From Fidelibacterota bacterium (GTDB lineage Bacteria; Fidelibacterota; Fidelibacteria; Fidelibacterales; DSDE01), in assembly GCA_046735395.1 (NCBI GenBank), contig JBJKQR010000022.1, positions 1-34,785 on the forward strand: 34,785 nt of DNA. The letters are read 5' to 3'. The notes under the pieces were generated by a model that saw nothing but the letters and a program-made list of their open reading frames with translations, had not been told where the DNA came from and searched no databases. Below, piece by piece: positions 1 to 10,834 of the stretch. Each line of letters opens with the position of its first letter. Position 1 is the stretch's first letter. The position numbers and the translations under genes were made by a program.

Positions 1-80
1 GACACGGTCAAGGCGCCGATCACGCACGCCGAGATGCCCCAGACGGCCGACCCCACGGGGAGCTACCATCTCGATCGGGA

Positions 81-1211
81 TCAGATCTTCACCACCGGCG
101 CGTCAATCATTTTTGATCCCAGGCTCACGACGCCCAGGCCTTTTTTCTCCGCCTCCATAAAGGCCCCGCAAATTGCCAGTGCCTTGTCTATTTCCTTCTG
201 ACCGGGAGCATATCCCTCATGAATCACGTCTATCTGCCGGGGATGGATACAGCCCATTCCATCGAAGCCAAGCCCCTTTGAAACTCTGATATTTTCAGCC
301 AGCGCCTCCATATCCGTCACATCGGAGAAGACGGAATCAATGGCCTGTATACCGGCCGCTTTCGCCGCATTAACCACCGCCGACCGGGCATAAAAACTTT
401 CCCAGGCCTCCCGGCTCCGGCCGGTTCCCAGATCCGCCGTATAATCTTCGAGACCGATGGCCATGGCAGCAACCGACGGGCAGGCCGAGGCAATTTCAAA
501 CGCCTTGACCACACCGAGAGCGGATTCGATAATGGGCATCAGCCAGACGTCCCGGTCCGTAGCGCTTTCATCCATGATGCGATGCATTTCTTCGTCAACC
601 TGCTTCACCTGATCTCCGCTTTCACATTTGGGTATCAGGATAAGGTTTGCATAATAGGGGATGCAGTAATTCAAGTCCTCCAGACCCTGCGGAAGCTGAT
701 TGATCCGCACCATGCGTTCAGCGCCCAGAAAATCATGGGCCAGAAGCGCATGACGAACCAGAAAACGCGCCTCCCGCTTCTTTGCCGGTGCCACCGCATC
801 TTCCAGGTCCAGAATAATTCCATCCGGCATGTGGACCCCCGCATTGAGCATAAGCTTGGGACTGTTGCCCGGCAGGTAGAGACGGGAACGGCGGGGCCGG
901 GCCCTTTCTGTTTCTATCGCCGCCGGAGCATCCATCGCCGGGGGCAGCATCGTGTCGGAAAGGTCGGTCAGACAGGCGTCCAGCCGGGCGGCCAGAACCC
1001 AGTCCAATGCGCCTTCATCCACTATATCGAGTTCAATATTTTCGATTTCAAAGCGGTCCAGATGGCGATGAACCTGTTCAAGAATCTGCTTTCCGAACAA
1101 GGCCTTTACCTTGGATCTGAGCGCAATCTGCCGGCCGCCGCTCGTCCGAAGCTCCCCACTGATGCGGCAATCGGATGCACCCTCATTGCCGTATTGTATC
1201 TGTTGAACCAC
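81..1211 (-). CDS. Citrate lyase acyl-carrier (CitD-like) domain fused to citrate lyase beta/CitE-family (HpcH/HpaI) domain; C-terminus probably truncated
   Basis: The N-terminal ~85 aa resemble CitD (SDC...SKVKALFGKQI...DEGALDWVLAARL). The remainder has CitE motifs RRSRLYLPGN, DLEDAV, VRIN, IIESALG, GLEDYTADLG, IHPRQI and KMIDAP. GTG start preceded by GGAGG. Confidence 0.85.
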   Translation of the reverse strand: MVQQIQYGNEGASDCRISGELRTSGGRQIALRSKVKALFGKQILEQVHRHLDRFEIENIELDIVDEGALDWVLAARLDACLTDLSDTMLPPAMDAPAAIETERARPRRSRLYLPGNSPKLMLNAGVHMPDGIILDLEDAVAPAKKREARFLVRHALLAHDFLGAERMVRINQLPQGLEDLNYCIPYYANLILIPKCESGDQVKQVDEEMHRIMDESATDRDVWLMPIIESALGVVKAFEIASACPSVAAMAIGLEDYTADLGTGRSREAWESFYARSAVVNAAKAAGIQAIDSVFSDVTDMEALAENIRVSKGLGFDGMGCIHPRQIDVIHEGYAPGQKEIDKALAICGAFMEAEKKGLGVVSLGSKMIDAPVVKI

Positions 1212-1363
1212 GTTTCCTCCTGATATCGGTTACAGTTTTGCGGAATTTAGAGTTTTTAACCATCATTAAAAAGCAGAACCATTACAGAGCGATCACCGGA
1301 ATCATTTTCCGCTCGATTTTCCCTGTACGGCTCCGTAGTTTATGTGAAATAATTCAGGCAGGT

Positions 1364-1687
1364 ATGGACAAGGAAAACAGCCGCTGGGAAAAAATTTACA
1401 CGATCGTATTTCAGATTCCGGAGGGTAAGGTCGCGACCTACGGTCAGATCGCGATTCTGGCCGGCCTTCCCGGACAGGCGCGGCAGGTCGGATACGCGCT
1501 GCACGCCAATCCCTACGGGAACCGGCTTCCCTGGCACCGGGTCATCAATGCACAGGGCCGGATCAGTCTCCCCCCCTATGATGACTCCGGAAATGAGCAG
1601 CTCGAGCGGCTGGAAAACGAAGGAATTTTCGCCGATCGTCGCGGTAATATTTCATTAAAGACGTATCAATGGAACCCGGAGATCTGA
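1364..1687 (+). CDS. Alkyltransferase-like (ATL/YbaZ, MGMT family) O6-alkylguanine-binding protein
   Basis: IPEGKVATYGQIA, ARQVGYAL and PWHRVINAQG, with Trp replacing the catalytic Cys of PCHR. Start set at ATG 1364 rather than the longer ORF start. Confidence 0.9.
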   Translation: MDKENSRWEKIYTIVFQIPEGKVATYGQIAILAGLPGQARQVGYALHANPYGNRLPWHRVINAQGRISLPPYDDSGNEQLERLENEGIFADRRGNISLKTYQWNPEI

Positions 1688-1705
1688 CCCTCCGGGCAGT
1701 GCCTG

Positions 1706-2380
1706 CTAATCGTTATTAATTTCAATGTTGAAATGAGTGTGGGAGTGCTGTTCCTGACTGTCATTGATCAGATCCCGGATAAATTGCTCATGGCCATTCT
1801 GCAGGGCCACCTCATCAAAAATGGTATTGATGGTGCCGATCACCATATTCCCCAGCAGTTTTCCCCAGAAACCCGTCATGAGTTCCGTGTCTTCCGAGTC
1901 ACTGACCGAGATCCCGCTGCGGCCCACGCTGACGACATCACCGTCATCACCATCCACGATCTGTACGCCGGATGGCCGCACGCTGATATTTGATTTTTTT
2001 TCATCAAAAATCTGCAGGCCATTTTCGTCGGCCCGAATCAGGACGCGGTCCTTGTCCATCAGGGTCAATTCATCTGCATTGAAAATACAGATCAAATCGT
2101 CCTTCCCCTCGGATTGGGGGACACGGATCCGGTAGCTTTGATCCGAGGGCAGAGTCAGGGCGATATGAGTAGTGTCATCCCCGCTTGACCTGAAATAAAA
2201 ATCATTCCCCCGCGAATTGACTCTGGCCTTCGGCCCTGATAAGGTCGTCCATTCCGGGTTCCCGCCGAAACTGAAGGCCAGTGTATCGACCTTCACTTTT
2301 TCAAAATTCAGATTCACCGCCGTGTTCCGGCCCATCGCAACAGCTGCAAGCAGCATCAGTCCCAGCACTATTTTTTTCAT
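1706..2380 (-). CDS. Hypothetical exported protein
   Basis: 224-aa ORF with signal peptide MKKIVLGLMLLAAVAMG and a beta-strand-rich acidic body; no family recognised. Confidence 0.7.
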   Translation of the reverse strand: MKKIVLGLMLLAAVAMGRNTAVNLNFEKVKVDTLAFSFGGNPEWTTLSGPKARVNSRGNDFYFRSSGDDTTHIALTLPSDQSYRIRVPQSEGKDDLICIFNADELTLMDKDRVLIRADENGLQIFDEKKSNISVRPSGVQIVDGDDGDVVSVGRSGISVSDSEDTELMTGFWGKLLGNMVIGTINTIFDEVALQNGHEQFIRDLINDSQEQHSHTHFNIEINND

Positions 2381-2513
2381 GGCATTCCCATCTGTTTAGG
2401 AGTATGAGTGAATATACGGAAAAAGGTTGTCCGGAAACAGGCCCTCTCCCACAAATAATGGGTTCGATCTTGCGCGGCGGTGCCCAATTCCTTATACTGT
2501 CAATGACTCACCT

Positions 2514-4211
2514 ATGCTGGAACAGACATTACAGGAACGCTTCGGCCTGCCCGGATTCCGTCCGGGACAAAAGGATATCATGGAAACGGTTTTATCCGGC
2601 CGGGACTGTATCGCCGTCATGGCCACCGGGGGCGGAAAATCACTCTGTTACCAGCTGCCCGGACTCCTGCTGCCGGGCCTGACCCTCGTCATTACACCCA
2701 TCATCTCCCTGATGGCCGACCAGTCACGGCGTCTGGATCAGCTGAATATTCCCAATGTCTATCTGTCATCGGCAAAAAGCCCGGAGGAGCAGAAGGAGGA
2801 CCTGAAGCGACTTCGTTCCGGCACTCTGAAATTCTGCCTGCTCTCACCGGAACGTCTCGAATCGAAAGCCTTTCTCAACGCCCTCGAGGACCAGAGCATC
2901 GGCTTGCTCACCGTGGATGAGGCTCACTGCATTTCCCTGTGGGGCCACGATTTCCGGCCCAATTATCTGAAAATCGGCGCCTTCCGCGACCAGCGCGTAT
3001 CAGCCCCCTGCCTCGCTCTGACCGGGACTGCCACCGAAGACGTCATCGCAGAAATCGGCGCCTTCCTCAACATGAAAAACCCCGCTCTTTTCAAAACCAC
3101 CTTCAACCGGCCCAATCTCCTGTATATCCGCTATCACGAAAAACGGACCGTGGATAAGCTGGATCGCCTGCGTCATATTCTGACTCATGTTCGAAGCTGT
3201 GGAATCATTTACTGCGCCACCCGGAAGGAAACGGAATTTCTGGCCGGCATTCTGAATTCCTGGCTCATTTCCTGCCGTCCCTATCACGCAGGCCTGCCGG
3301 CACCGGTGCGTAAACAGAATCAGGAGGACTGGCTCAGCGGCCGCATTCCGCTGATCACCGCCACCAATGCCTTCGGAATGGGTATTGACAAACCGGATGT
3401 GCGCGTTGTCATCCATTTTTCCATGAGCGCCTCCATGGAAAATTATTACCAGGAAGCCGGACGTGCCGGCCGGGACGGACAGGCGGCTCTCTGCATCCTG
3501 CTGGCCTCGGAGGAAGACCGGAAAACACTGCGGATTGTCCGGCGCATCAATGCGCTCCGTCCCCTGCTCAGCGATGAATACCGGCGACACCTGCAGGCCA
3601 TGACAGATTCCTGCGAATCCTACCTCTTCGCCGAAGGATGCCGGCGCGGGTTAATTCTCAATTACTTTCAGGAATCCTCCCCGGCAGCAAATTGCGGCGG
3701 TTGCGATGACTGTCTGCAGCAGCTCGGCCTGCCCCCTGATTCCGTCTTTGATCTTCCGTCACCATCGCTCGTTTCCCTTCGCCGCTCCGTCATAGACAGT
3801 CTTATCACGCATCTCCGTCAGTTTCCCGGTGAAAAAATCCGCTGTTTGCTCCGATTTCTCAGCCATGGCCATTCACTGAAAACACTGCAGTCTTTCGTCC
3901 ATCTGCTGCTGCATTACCTGGTGATCCTGAAAATTCTGACAGTGAAACGAAAACGACTGACTATAATGGAACCCGTTGCTGCAGCGGAGTTTCCGCAGCT
4001 GCTGTTTCTGCCCGACAGCCGCTTTCCCATTCATAAATCGTCACAATCGGGCCGCTGGTCTCAGGATGAGTGGCAGCGTCTGCGCCGGGAGGGACATGGC
4101 GAGGAGATCGACTTCCCCGAAAACCGGAATGCCCGGGAATCGCTCATCGCGCTGCTGCGTGAAGCAGGCTGTCCTCCGGATCAAATACGATCGCTGCTTC
4201 CCGAAAGCTGA
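2514..4211 (+). CDS. recQ: RecQ-family ATP-dependent DNA helicase (no recognisable HRDC domain)
   Basis: FRPGQ, TGGGKSLCYQLP, DEAHCISLWGHDFRP, ATNAFGMGIDKPDVR, YYQEAGRAGRDG and the Zn site CRR...YF...CGGCDDC. Start set at ATG 2514. Confidence 0.92.
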   Translation: MLEQTLQERFGLPGFRPGQKDIMETVLSGRDCIAVMATGGGKSLCYQLPGLLLPGLTLVITPIISLMADQSRRLDQLNIPNVYLSSAKSPEEQKEDLKRLRSGTLKFCLLSPERLESKAFLNALEDQSIGLLTVDEAHCISLWGHDFRPNYLKIGAFRDQRVSAPCLALTGTATEDVIAEIGAFLNMKNPALFKTTFNRPNLLYIRYHEKRTVDKLDRLRHILTHVRSCGIIYCATRKETEFLAGILNSWLISCRPYHAGLPAPVRKQNQEDWLSGRIPLITATNAFGMGIDKPDVRVVIHFSMSASMENYYQEAGRAGRDGQAALCILLASEEDRKTLRIVRRINALRPLLSDEYRRHLQAMTDSCESYLFAEGCRRGLILNYFQESSPAANCGGCDDCLQQLGLPPDSVFDLPSPSLVSLRRSVIDSLITHLRQFPGEKIRCLLRFLSHGHSLKTLQSFVHLLLHYLVILKILTVKRKRLTIMEPVAAAEFPQLLFLPDSRFPIHKSSQSGRWSQDEWQRLRREGHGEEIDFPENRNARESLIALLREAGCPPDQIRSLLPES

Positions 4212-4252
4212 TCCGGTCCTGAATTCCTTTCCGGAGCCGCAGATCAATTATT

Positions 4253-4281
4253 TTGCCTTGACGCGGGAAATTCTGTAAATT
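4253..4281 (+). promoter_or_regulatory. Putative sigma70 promoter of the rib operon
   Basis: TTGCCT (4253-4258), 17-nt spacer, TAAATT (4276-4281), directly upstream of the riboswitch 5' end. Confidence 0.55.
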
Positions 4282-4284
4282 CCC

Positions 4285-4406
4285 CTGTCTTCGGGGCGGG
4301 GAGAATTTCCCCACCGGCGGTCAAAGCCCGCGAGTCCCACTGCAACAGACGGGACAGAATCTGTGAAATTCAGATGCCGACGGTATAGTCCGGATGAGAG
4401 AAGGCA
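4285..4406 (+). ncRNA. FMN riboswitch (RFN element)
   Basis: Conserved RFN segments TCTTCGGGGCGGGG.GAA.TTCCCCACCGGCGGT..AAGCCCGCGAG...GTGAAATTC...GCCGACGGTATAGTCCGGATGAGAGAAG, upstream of ribD. Confidence 0.96.
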
Positions 4407-4419
4407 CGTGTGATGCACG

Positions 4420-4445
4420 CCCCGAAATCATGTCGGGGTTTTTTT
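4420..4445 (+). terminator. Intrinsic terminator, expression platform of the FMN riboswitch
   Basis: CCCCGA-AATCATG-TCGGGG hairpin followed by T7. The 5' arm region can instead pair with aptamer 4290-4298. Confidence 0.85.
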
Positions 4446-5531
4446 ATGGACGAAGCAAATAAATTCATGAAACGTGCCGTGGCGCTGGCCAGGCGGGGAC
4501 GGGGCATGGTTTCACCCAATCCACTCGTCGGCGCGGTCGTGGTCCGGAACGGCCGGATTATCGGTGAAGGGTGGCATAAAATATTCGGCGGCCCTCATGC
4601 GGAAGTCTTCGCCCTTGAGGAGGCCGGATCCGCGGCCAGAGGTGCGGATCTGTATGTGACTCTCGAACCCTGTTCCCATGTGGGCAAGACTCCGGCCTGC
4701 GCGCCTCAGATCGTATCCGCCGGGATGGGACGTGTCTTCATCGGCCGGACTGATCCGAATCCTCTCGTTTCCGGGAAGGGAATTCAACTCCTGGAAGCGG
4801 CCGGGATTGAGGTGATCAGCGGCATTCTGGAATCCGGGTGCAGCGCCCTGAATCAGGCATTTTTTAAATACATGAAAAGCAGCCTGCCCTATATCACTTT
4901 GAAATCAGCCCAGAGCCTGGATGGTTTCATTGCCGCCCCGGACGGATATTCAAAATGGATCAGCAGTGAGCAGTCCCGGAAAGCCGTGCATCGGCTGCGG
5001 GTTGAAGCAGATGCGGTGATGGTCGGTATCGGTACTGTACTGGCGGACGATCCCATGCTGACCGTGCGCAGCGTGAGAGGACGGAATCCGCAGCGTCTGA
5101 TCTATGATTCATCCTGGTCTCTGCAGCGGAATCTGAACATCGTAAAAAGTGCAAAGGACATCACAACCCGGGTCATTTATCCCGCCGGCGCAGCAGACAG
5201 CTATCTGAACATGCTGGGAGAAAACGGAATCACCGGCCACATTCTGGCGGAAGACAGCGAAAAGGGCTGGCTGACACTGCTGAAGGAACTCGGCCACGAT
5301 GGAATTCACCACATTCTGGTGGAGGGCGGGCCCAAGCTGCACAGCCGCTTCCTGAGCTACCGGCTGGCCGACCGGCTTCTGCAGTATACGGCGCCGCGAT
5401 ACCTGGGACTGGGCATCCGGAATGCAGCCTTCCCCTATACTGCTCTTGATACCGACACACCTTTCATGAAAACCCGCTGGAAACATTCGGGGCCGGATAT
5501 CGTTTTTGAGGGAATCTGGAATGAATACTGA
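4446..5531 (+). CDS. ribD: Bifunctional riboflavin biosynthesis deaminase/reductase
   Basis: PNPLVG, HAE and EPCSHVGKTPAC Zn motifs; reductase motifs AQSLDG, SKWIS, DDPMLTVR and VEGG. Start set at ATG 4446. Confidence 0.96.
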   Translation: MDEANKFMKRAVALARRGRGMVSPNPLVGAVVVRNGRIIGEGWHKIFGGPHAEVFALEEAGSAARGADLYVTLEPCSHVGKTPACAPQIVSAGMGRVFIGRTDPNPLVSGKGIQLLEAAGIEVISGILESGCSALNQAFFKYMKSSLPYITLKSAQSLDGFIAAPDGYSKWISSEQSRKAVHRLRVEADAVMVGIGTVLADDPMLTVRSVRGRNPQRLIYDSSWSLQRNLNIVKSAKDITTRVIYPAGAADSYLNMLGENGITGHILAEDSEKGWLTLLKELGHDGIHHILVEGGPKLHSRFLSYRLADRLLQYTAPRYLGLGIRNAAFPYTALDTDTPFMKTRWKHSGPDIVFEGIWNEY

Positions 5532-5567
5532 ACCAATAAAGCGACGTTATGATAAAATGGAGAATCG

Positions 5568-6203
5568 ATGTTTACAGGCCTGATTGAAGATATCGGAACC
5601 GTAAAGGCGCTGCGAAACGGTTCCGGCTACCGGGAACTGGATATTGAATCAGAGCTGATCTGTTCCGACCTGAAACCGGATGATTCCGTTGCGGCAAACG
5701 GCATCTGTCTGACGGTGGTCCGGGTGAATTCACCGGTATTCACGGTACAGGCGGTTCGGGAAACTCTGTCCCGCAGTACACTGGGATTCTGGAAATCCGG
5801 GAAACTGCTGAATCTGGAACGTGCCGTCCGGGCCGACGCCCGACTCGGTGGCCATATCGTTCAGGGCCATGTGGACGGAACGGCGGATCTCATCTCGCTT
5901 CACCATCTCGGTGAAAACAGTGAATTCACCTTCCTCATTCCTGAAGACCAGGCAAAATTCACCGTGGAAAAGGGCAGCATCACCATTGACGGCGTCAGCC
6001 TGACCATTGCCCGGAAAAATGGCCGTGAGATCAGCGTTTCACTTATTCCCCATTCGCTCCGGCACACGCTTTTCCGCGAATATGCCGTCGGCGATACGGT
6101 AAACATGGAATCCGACATATTCGGGAAATATGTCTGGGAAATGGGACAATCCCGAAAGGCGCTTGATCGGGAGACACTGAAGAATTGGGGCTATACACTT
6201 TAA
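5568..6203 (+). CDS. ribE: Riboflavin synthase (alpha chain)
   Basis: MFTGLIE N-terminus, NGICLTV, NLERA, GGHIVQGHVDG, KGSITIDGVSLT. Confidence 0.96.
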   Translation: MFTGLIEDIGTVKALRNGSGYRELDIESELICSDLKPDDSVAANGICLTVVRVNSPVFTVQAVRETLSRSTLGFWKSGKLLNLERAVRADARLGGHIVQGHVDGTADLISLHHLGENSEFTFLIPEDQAKFTVEKGSITIDGVSLTIARKNGREISVSLIPHSLRHTLFREYAVGDTVNMESDIFGKYVWEMGQSRKALDRETLKNWGYTL

Positions 6204-6227
6204 GATATGAAATAAAAGAAGGAACAC

Positions 6228-7481
6228 ATGACACACATAACGAACGAAAGTGAGACGATTCGCATTGACCGTATTGAGGATGCGATTGAAGACCTGAAGC
6301 AGGGCAGAATGATAGTCGTTGTCGACGACCCCGACCGTGAAAACGAGGGCGATATCATCATGGCTGCTGAAAAAGTCAGACCTGAACATATAAATTTTAT
6401 TCTGAAACATGCCCGGGGACTGATCTGCGCCGCGGTGAATGACGAACTTTCACAGACGCTGGATCTGGCTCCCATGGTCAATCATGATTCCAATACATCC
6501 ATGCACCAGACGAATTTCACCGTATCAGTGGATGGCCGGGCAAATACAACAACGGGAATATCGGCCTTTGACCGCGCGGAAACCTTCCAGGTCATCGCCA
6601 ATCCCGGAAGTAGGGCCGAGGATCTCGTCCGTCCGGGGCATATTTTCCCCATCACGGCCCGGGAAGGCGGCGTTCTCCGTCGCACCGGACACACCGAAGC
6701 CTCCGTCGATCTCTGCCGGCTGGCCGGGCTCAGGCCCGCAGCTCTGCTCTGCGAAATTCTTCAGGAGGACGGCAGCATGGCGCGGCTTCCGGAGCTGGCC
6801 CGGTTTGCGGATGAACATCAGTTGAAACTGATCACTATTGCCGACCTCGTTCAGTACCGGCGTCGGAATGAAAAACTGACCCGGCGCGTTTCCACGGTGA
6901 AATTCCCCAACCAGTACGGAAATTTTGACCTGCATCTCTTCGAGGACAGTCTGACGGGGGAGACGCATCTGGCGCTGACCATGGGTGATGTGAGCGGAGA
7001 GGAGCCGGTTCTGGTCCGGGTTCACAGCGAATGCCTCACCGGAGATGTGTTCGGTTCAGAGCGCTGTGACTGCGGAGAACAGAAGGATCATGCCATGAAG
7101 GAAATCGCCAAACGGGGACGGGGTGTCCTGATCTATCTGCGGCAGGAAGGCCGGGGCATCGGACTGAAACATAAAATTCTCGCCTATGAACTGCAGGAAA
7201 ACGGCCGAGATACGGTCGAGGCAAATCTGGAACTGGGATTCCAGGCCGATCTTCGGGAATATGGCATCGGCGCTCAGATGCTGGTGGCTCTCGGCGTCCG
7301 GAAAATGGAGCTCATGACCAATAATCCCAAGAAAATGATCGGGCTGTCCGGCTATGATCTGGAAATCACCGGCCGGATTCCCATTGAATTACCGGCCCGT
7401 GAAAACAATGTAAATTATCTGAAAACCAAACGTGAGAAGATGGGACATCTTCTGGAAATGAAAGGAGCAAAAATTGATTAA
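6228..7481 (+). CDS. ribBA: Bifunctional DHBP synthase / GTP cyclohydrolase II
   Basis: [66 protein letters not shown]. Confidence 0.97.
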   Translation: MTHITNESETIRIDRIEDAIEDLKQGRMIVVVDDPDRENEGDIIMAAEKVRPEHINFILKHARGLICAAVNDELSQTLDLAPMVNHDSNTSMHQTNFTVSVDGRANTTTGISAFDRAETFQVIANPGSRAEDLVRPGHIFPITAREGGVLRRTGHTEASVDLCRLAGLRPAALLCEILQEDGSMARLPELARFADEHQLKLITIADLVQYRRRNEKLTRRVSTVKFPNQYGNFDLHLFEDSLTGETHLALTMGDVSGEEPVLVRVHSECLTGDVFGSERCDCGEQKDHAMKEIAKRGRGVLIYLRQEGRGIGLKHKILAYELQENGRDTVEANLELGFQADLREYGIGAQMLVALGVRKMELMTNNPKKMIGLSGYDLEITGRIPIELPARENNVNYLKTKREKMGHLLEMKGAKID

Positions 7482-7935
7482 CATTGAAGGAAAATTGCTC
7501 GCATCCGGTCTGAAAGTTGCTGTCGTTATCAGCCGCTTCAATGATCTGATCACCAAGGAACTGCTCAGCGGCGCCCTCGACTGCTGGACACGTCACGATG
7601 GCTCGGAAGAAAATTTAAGCCAGGTCTGGGTGCCCGGCGCCTTTGAAATTCCCCTCGTTGCCCAGCAGCTGGCGAAAAGCGGCAAGGCGGATGTCATCGT
7701 CTGCCTCGGCGCTGTAATCCGCGGATCCACACCTCATTTTGATTTTGTGGCCGCAGAGGTATCGAAGGGCATCGCCAATGCGTCTCTGAACACGAATGTG
7801 CCCATCATCTTCGGCGTCATTACCACGGATTCGATAGAGCAGGCGCTCGAACGGGCGGGCACCAAAGCCGGCAATAAGGGCTGGAACGCCATGCTGAATG
7901 CCATTGAAATGGCAAATCTCATGAAACAGCTGTAA
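7474..7935 (+). CDS. ribH: 6,7-dimethyl-8-ribityllumazine synthase
   Basis: [43 protein letters not shown] start with AAGGAG, overlapping the ribBA end. Confidence 0.96.
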   Translation: MINIEGKLLASGLKVAVVISRFNDLITKELLSGALDCWTRHDGSEENLSQVWVPGAFEIPLVAQQLAKSGKADVIVCLGAVIRGSTPHFDFVAAEVSKGIANASLNTNVPIIFGVITTDSIEQALERAGTKAGNKGWNAMLNAIEMANLMKQL

Positions 7936-7984
7936 ATTACAGCCATAAAAAATAAGGATCTGTTTTGACGGATATTCAGAATAG

Positions 7985-10094
<2,110 letters not shown>

Positions 10095-10098
<4 letters not shown>

Positions 10099-10832
10099 TC
10101 CGAAGCGCCAAACGTATTGACAGTGATTTTGTCTATCATTTTTCAGAACCGCTCATCCCTGCCGTTTTTCTGGAACGGCCCAATCGCTTCCTTATCCATG
10201 CAGACACCGCCGAAGGAAGGGTCTTGGTTCATCTGGCCGATCCGGGCCGCCTGCTGGAACTGCTGCGGCCGGGCGTGGATCTCATGATTCGCCCTGAGAG
10301 CGGAAAGGAACGCAAAACAGCCTTCAGCGCCGTACTCGCCCGGCATGACCGAACCTGGGTTTCCGTCAATTCCACCCTGCCCAATAAGATCGTTCATGCG
10401 GCGCTTCGCTCCCGCCGGATGCCCGGTTTCGATACCGAGACTCTGACCCGGTCAGAATATCCGCTCGGCCCTCATCGTTTTGATTTTCTGCTGGAACAGG
10501 ACGGCCAACCGCTGGTCATGGAAGTAAAGGGGGTATCCCTGGTTGAAGACGAAACTGCACGATTTCCGGATGCGGTGACGGAGCGGGGCCGCCGGCATGT
10601 GGACGCACTGGTTTCGCTGAAGGATGCCGGGCAGAAGACAGTCCTGGTTTTTATCATTCAGCGCAATGATGCCCGGTCGTTTCAGCCCAATTGGGACCGG
10701 GATCCGCGCTTTGCCGAAACCCTGGCGCGCGCCTCCGAAGCCGGGTTACCCATACGGGCCTTCAGTCTGAACCTGAGCCCGGAGGGTATTTCCTGGCACT
10801 CCGAACTGCCCATCAATCTTGGAAGGGACTGA
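10095..10832 (+). CDS. sfsA: SfsA sugar fermentation stimulation protein (DNA/RNA nuclease fold)
   Basis: RPNRF, HLADPGRL.EL, RFDF, EVKGVSL, FPDAVTERGRRH, DPRFA. Overlaps the cvfB stop. Confidence 0.92.
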
Positions 10833-10834
10833 AA

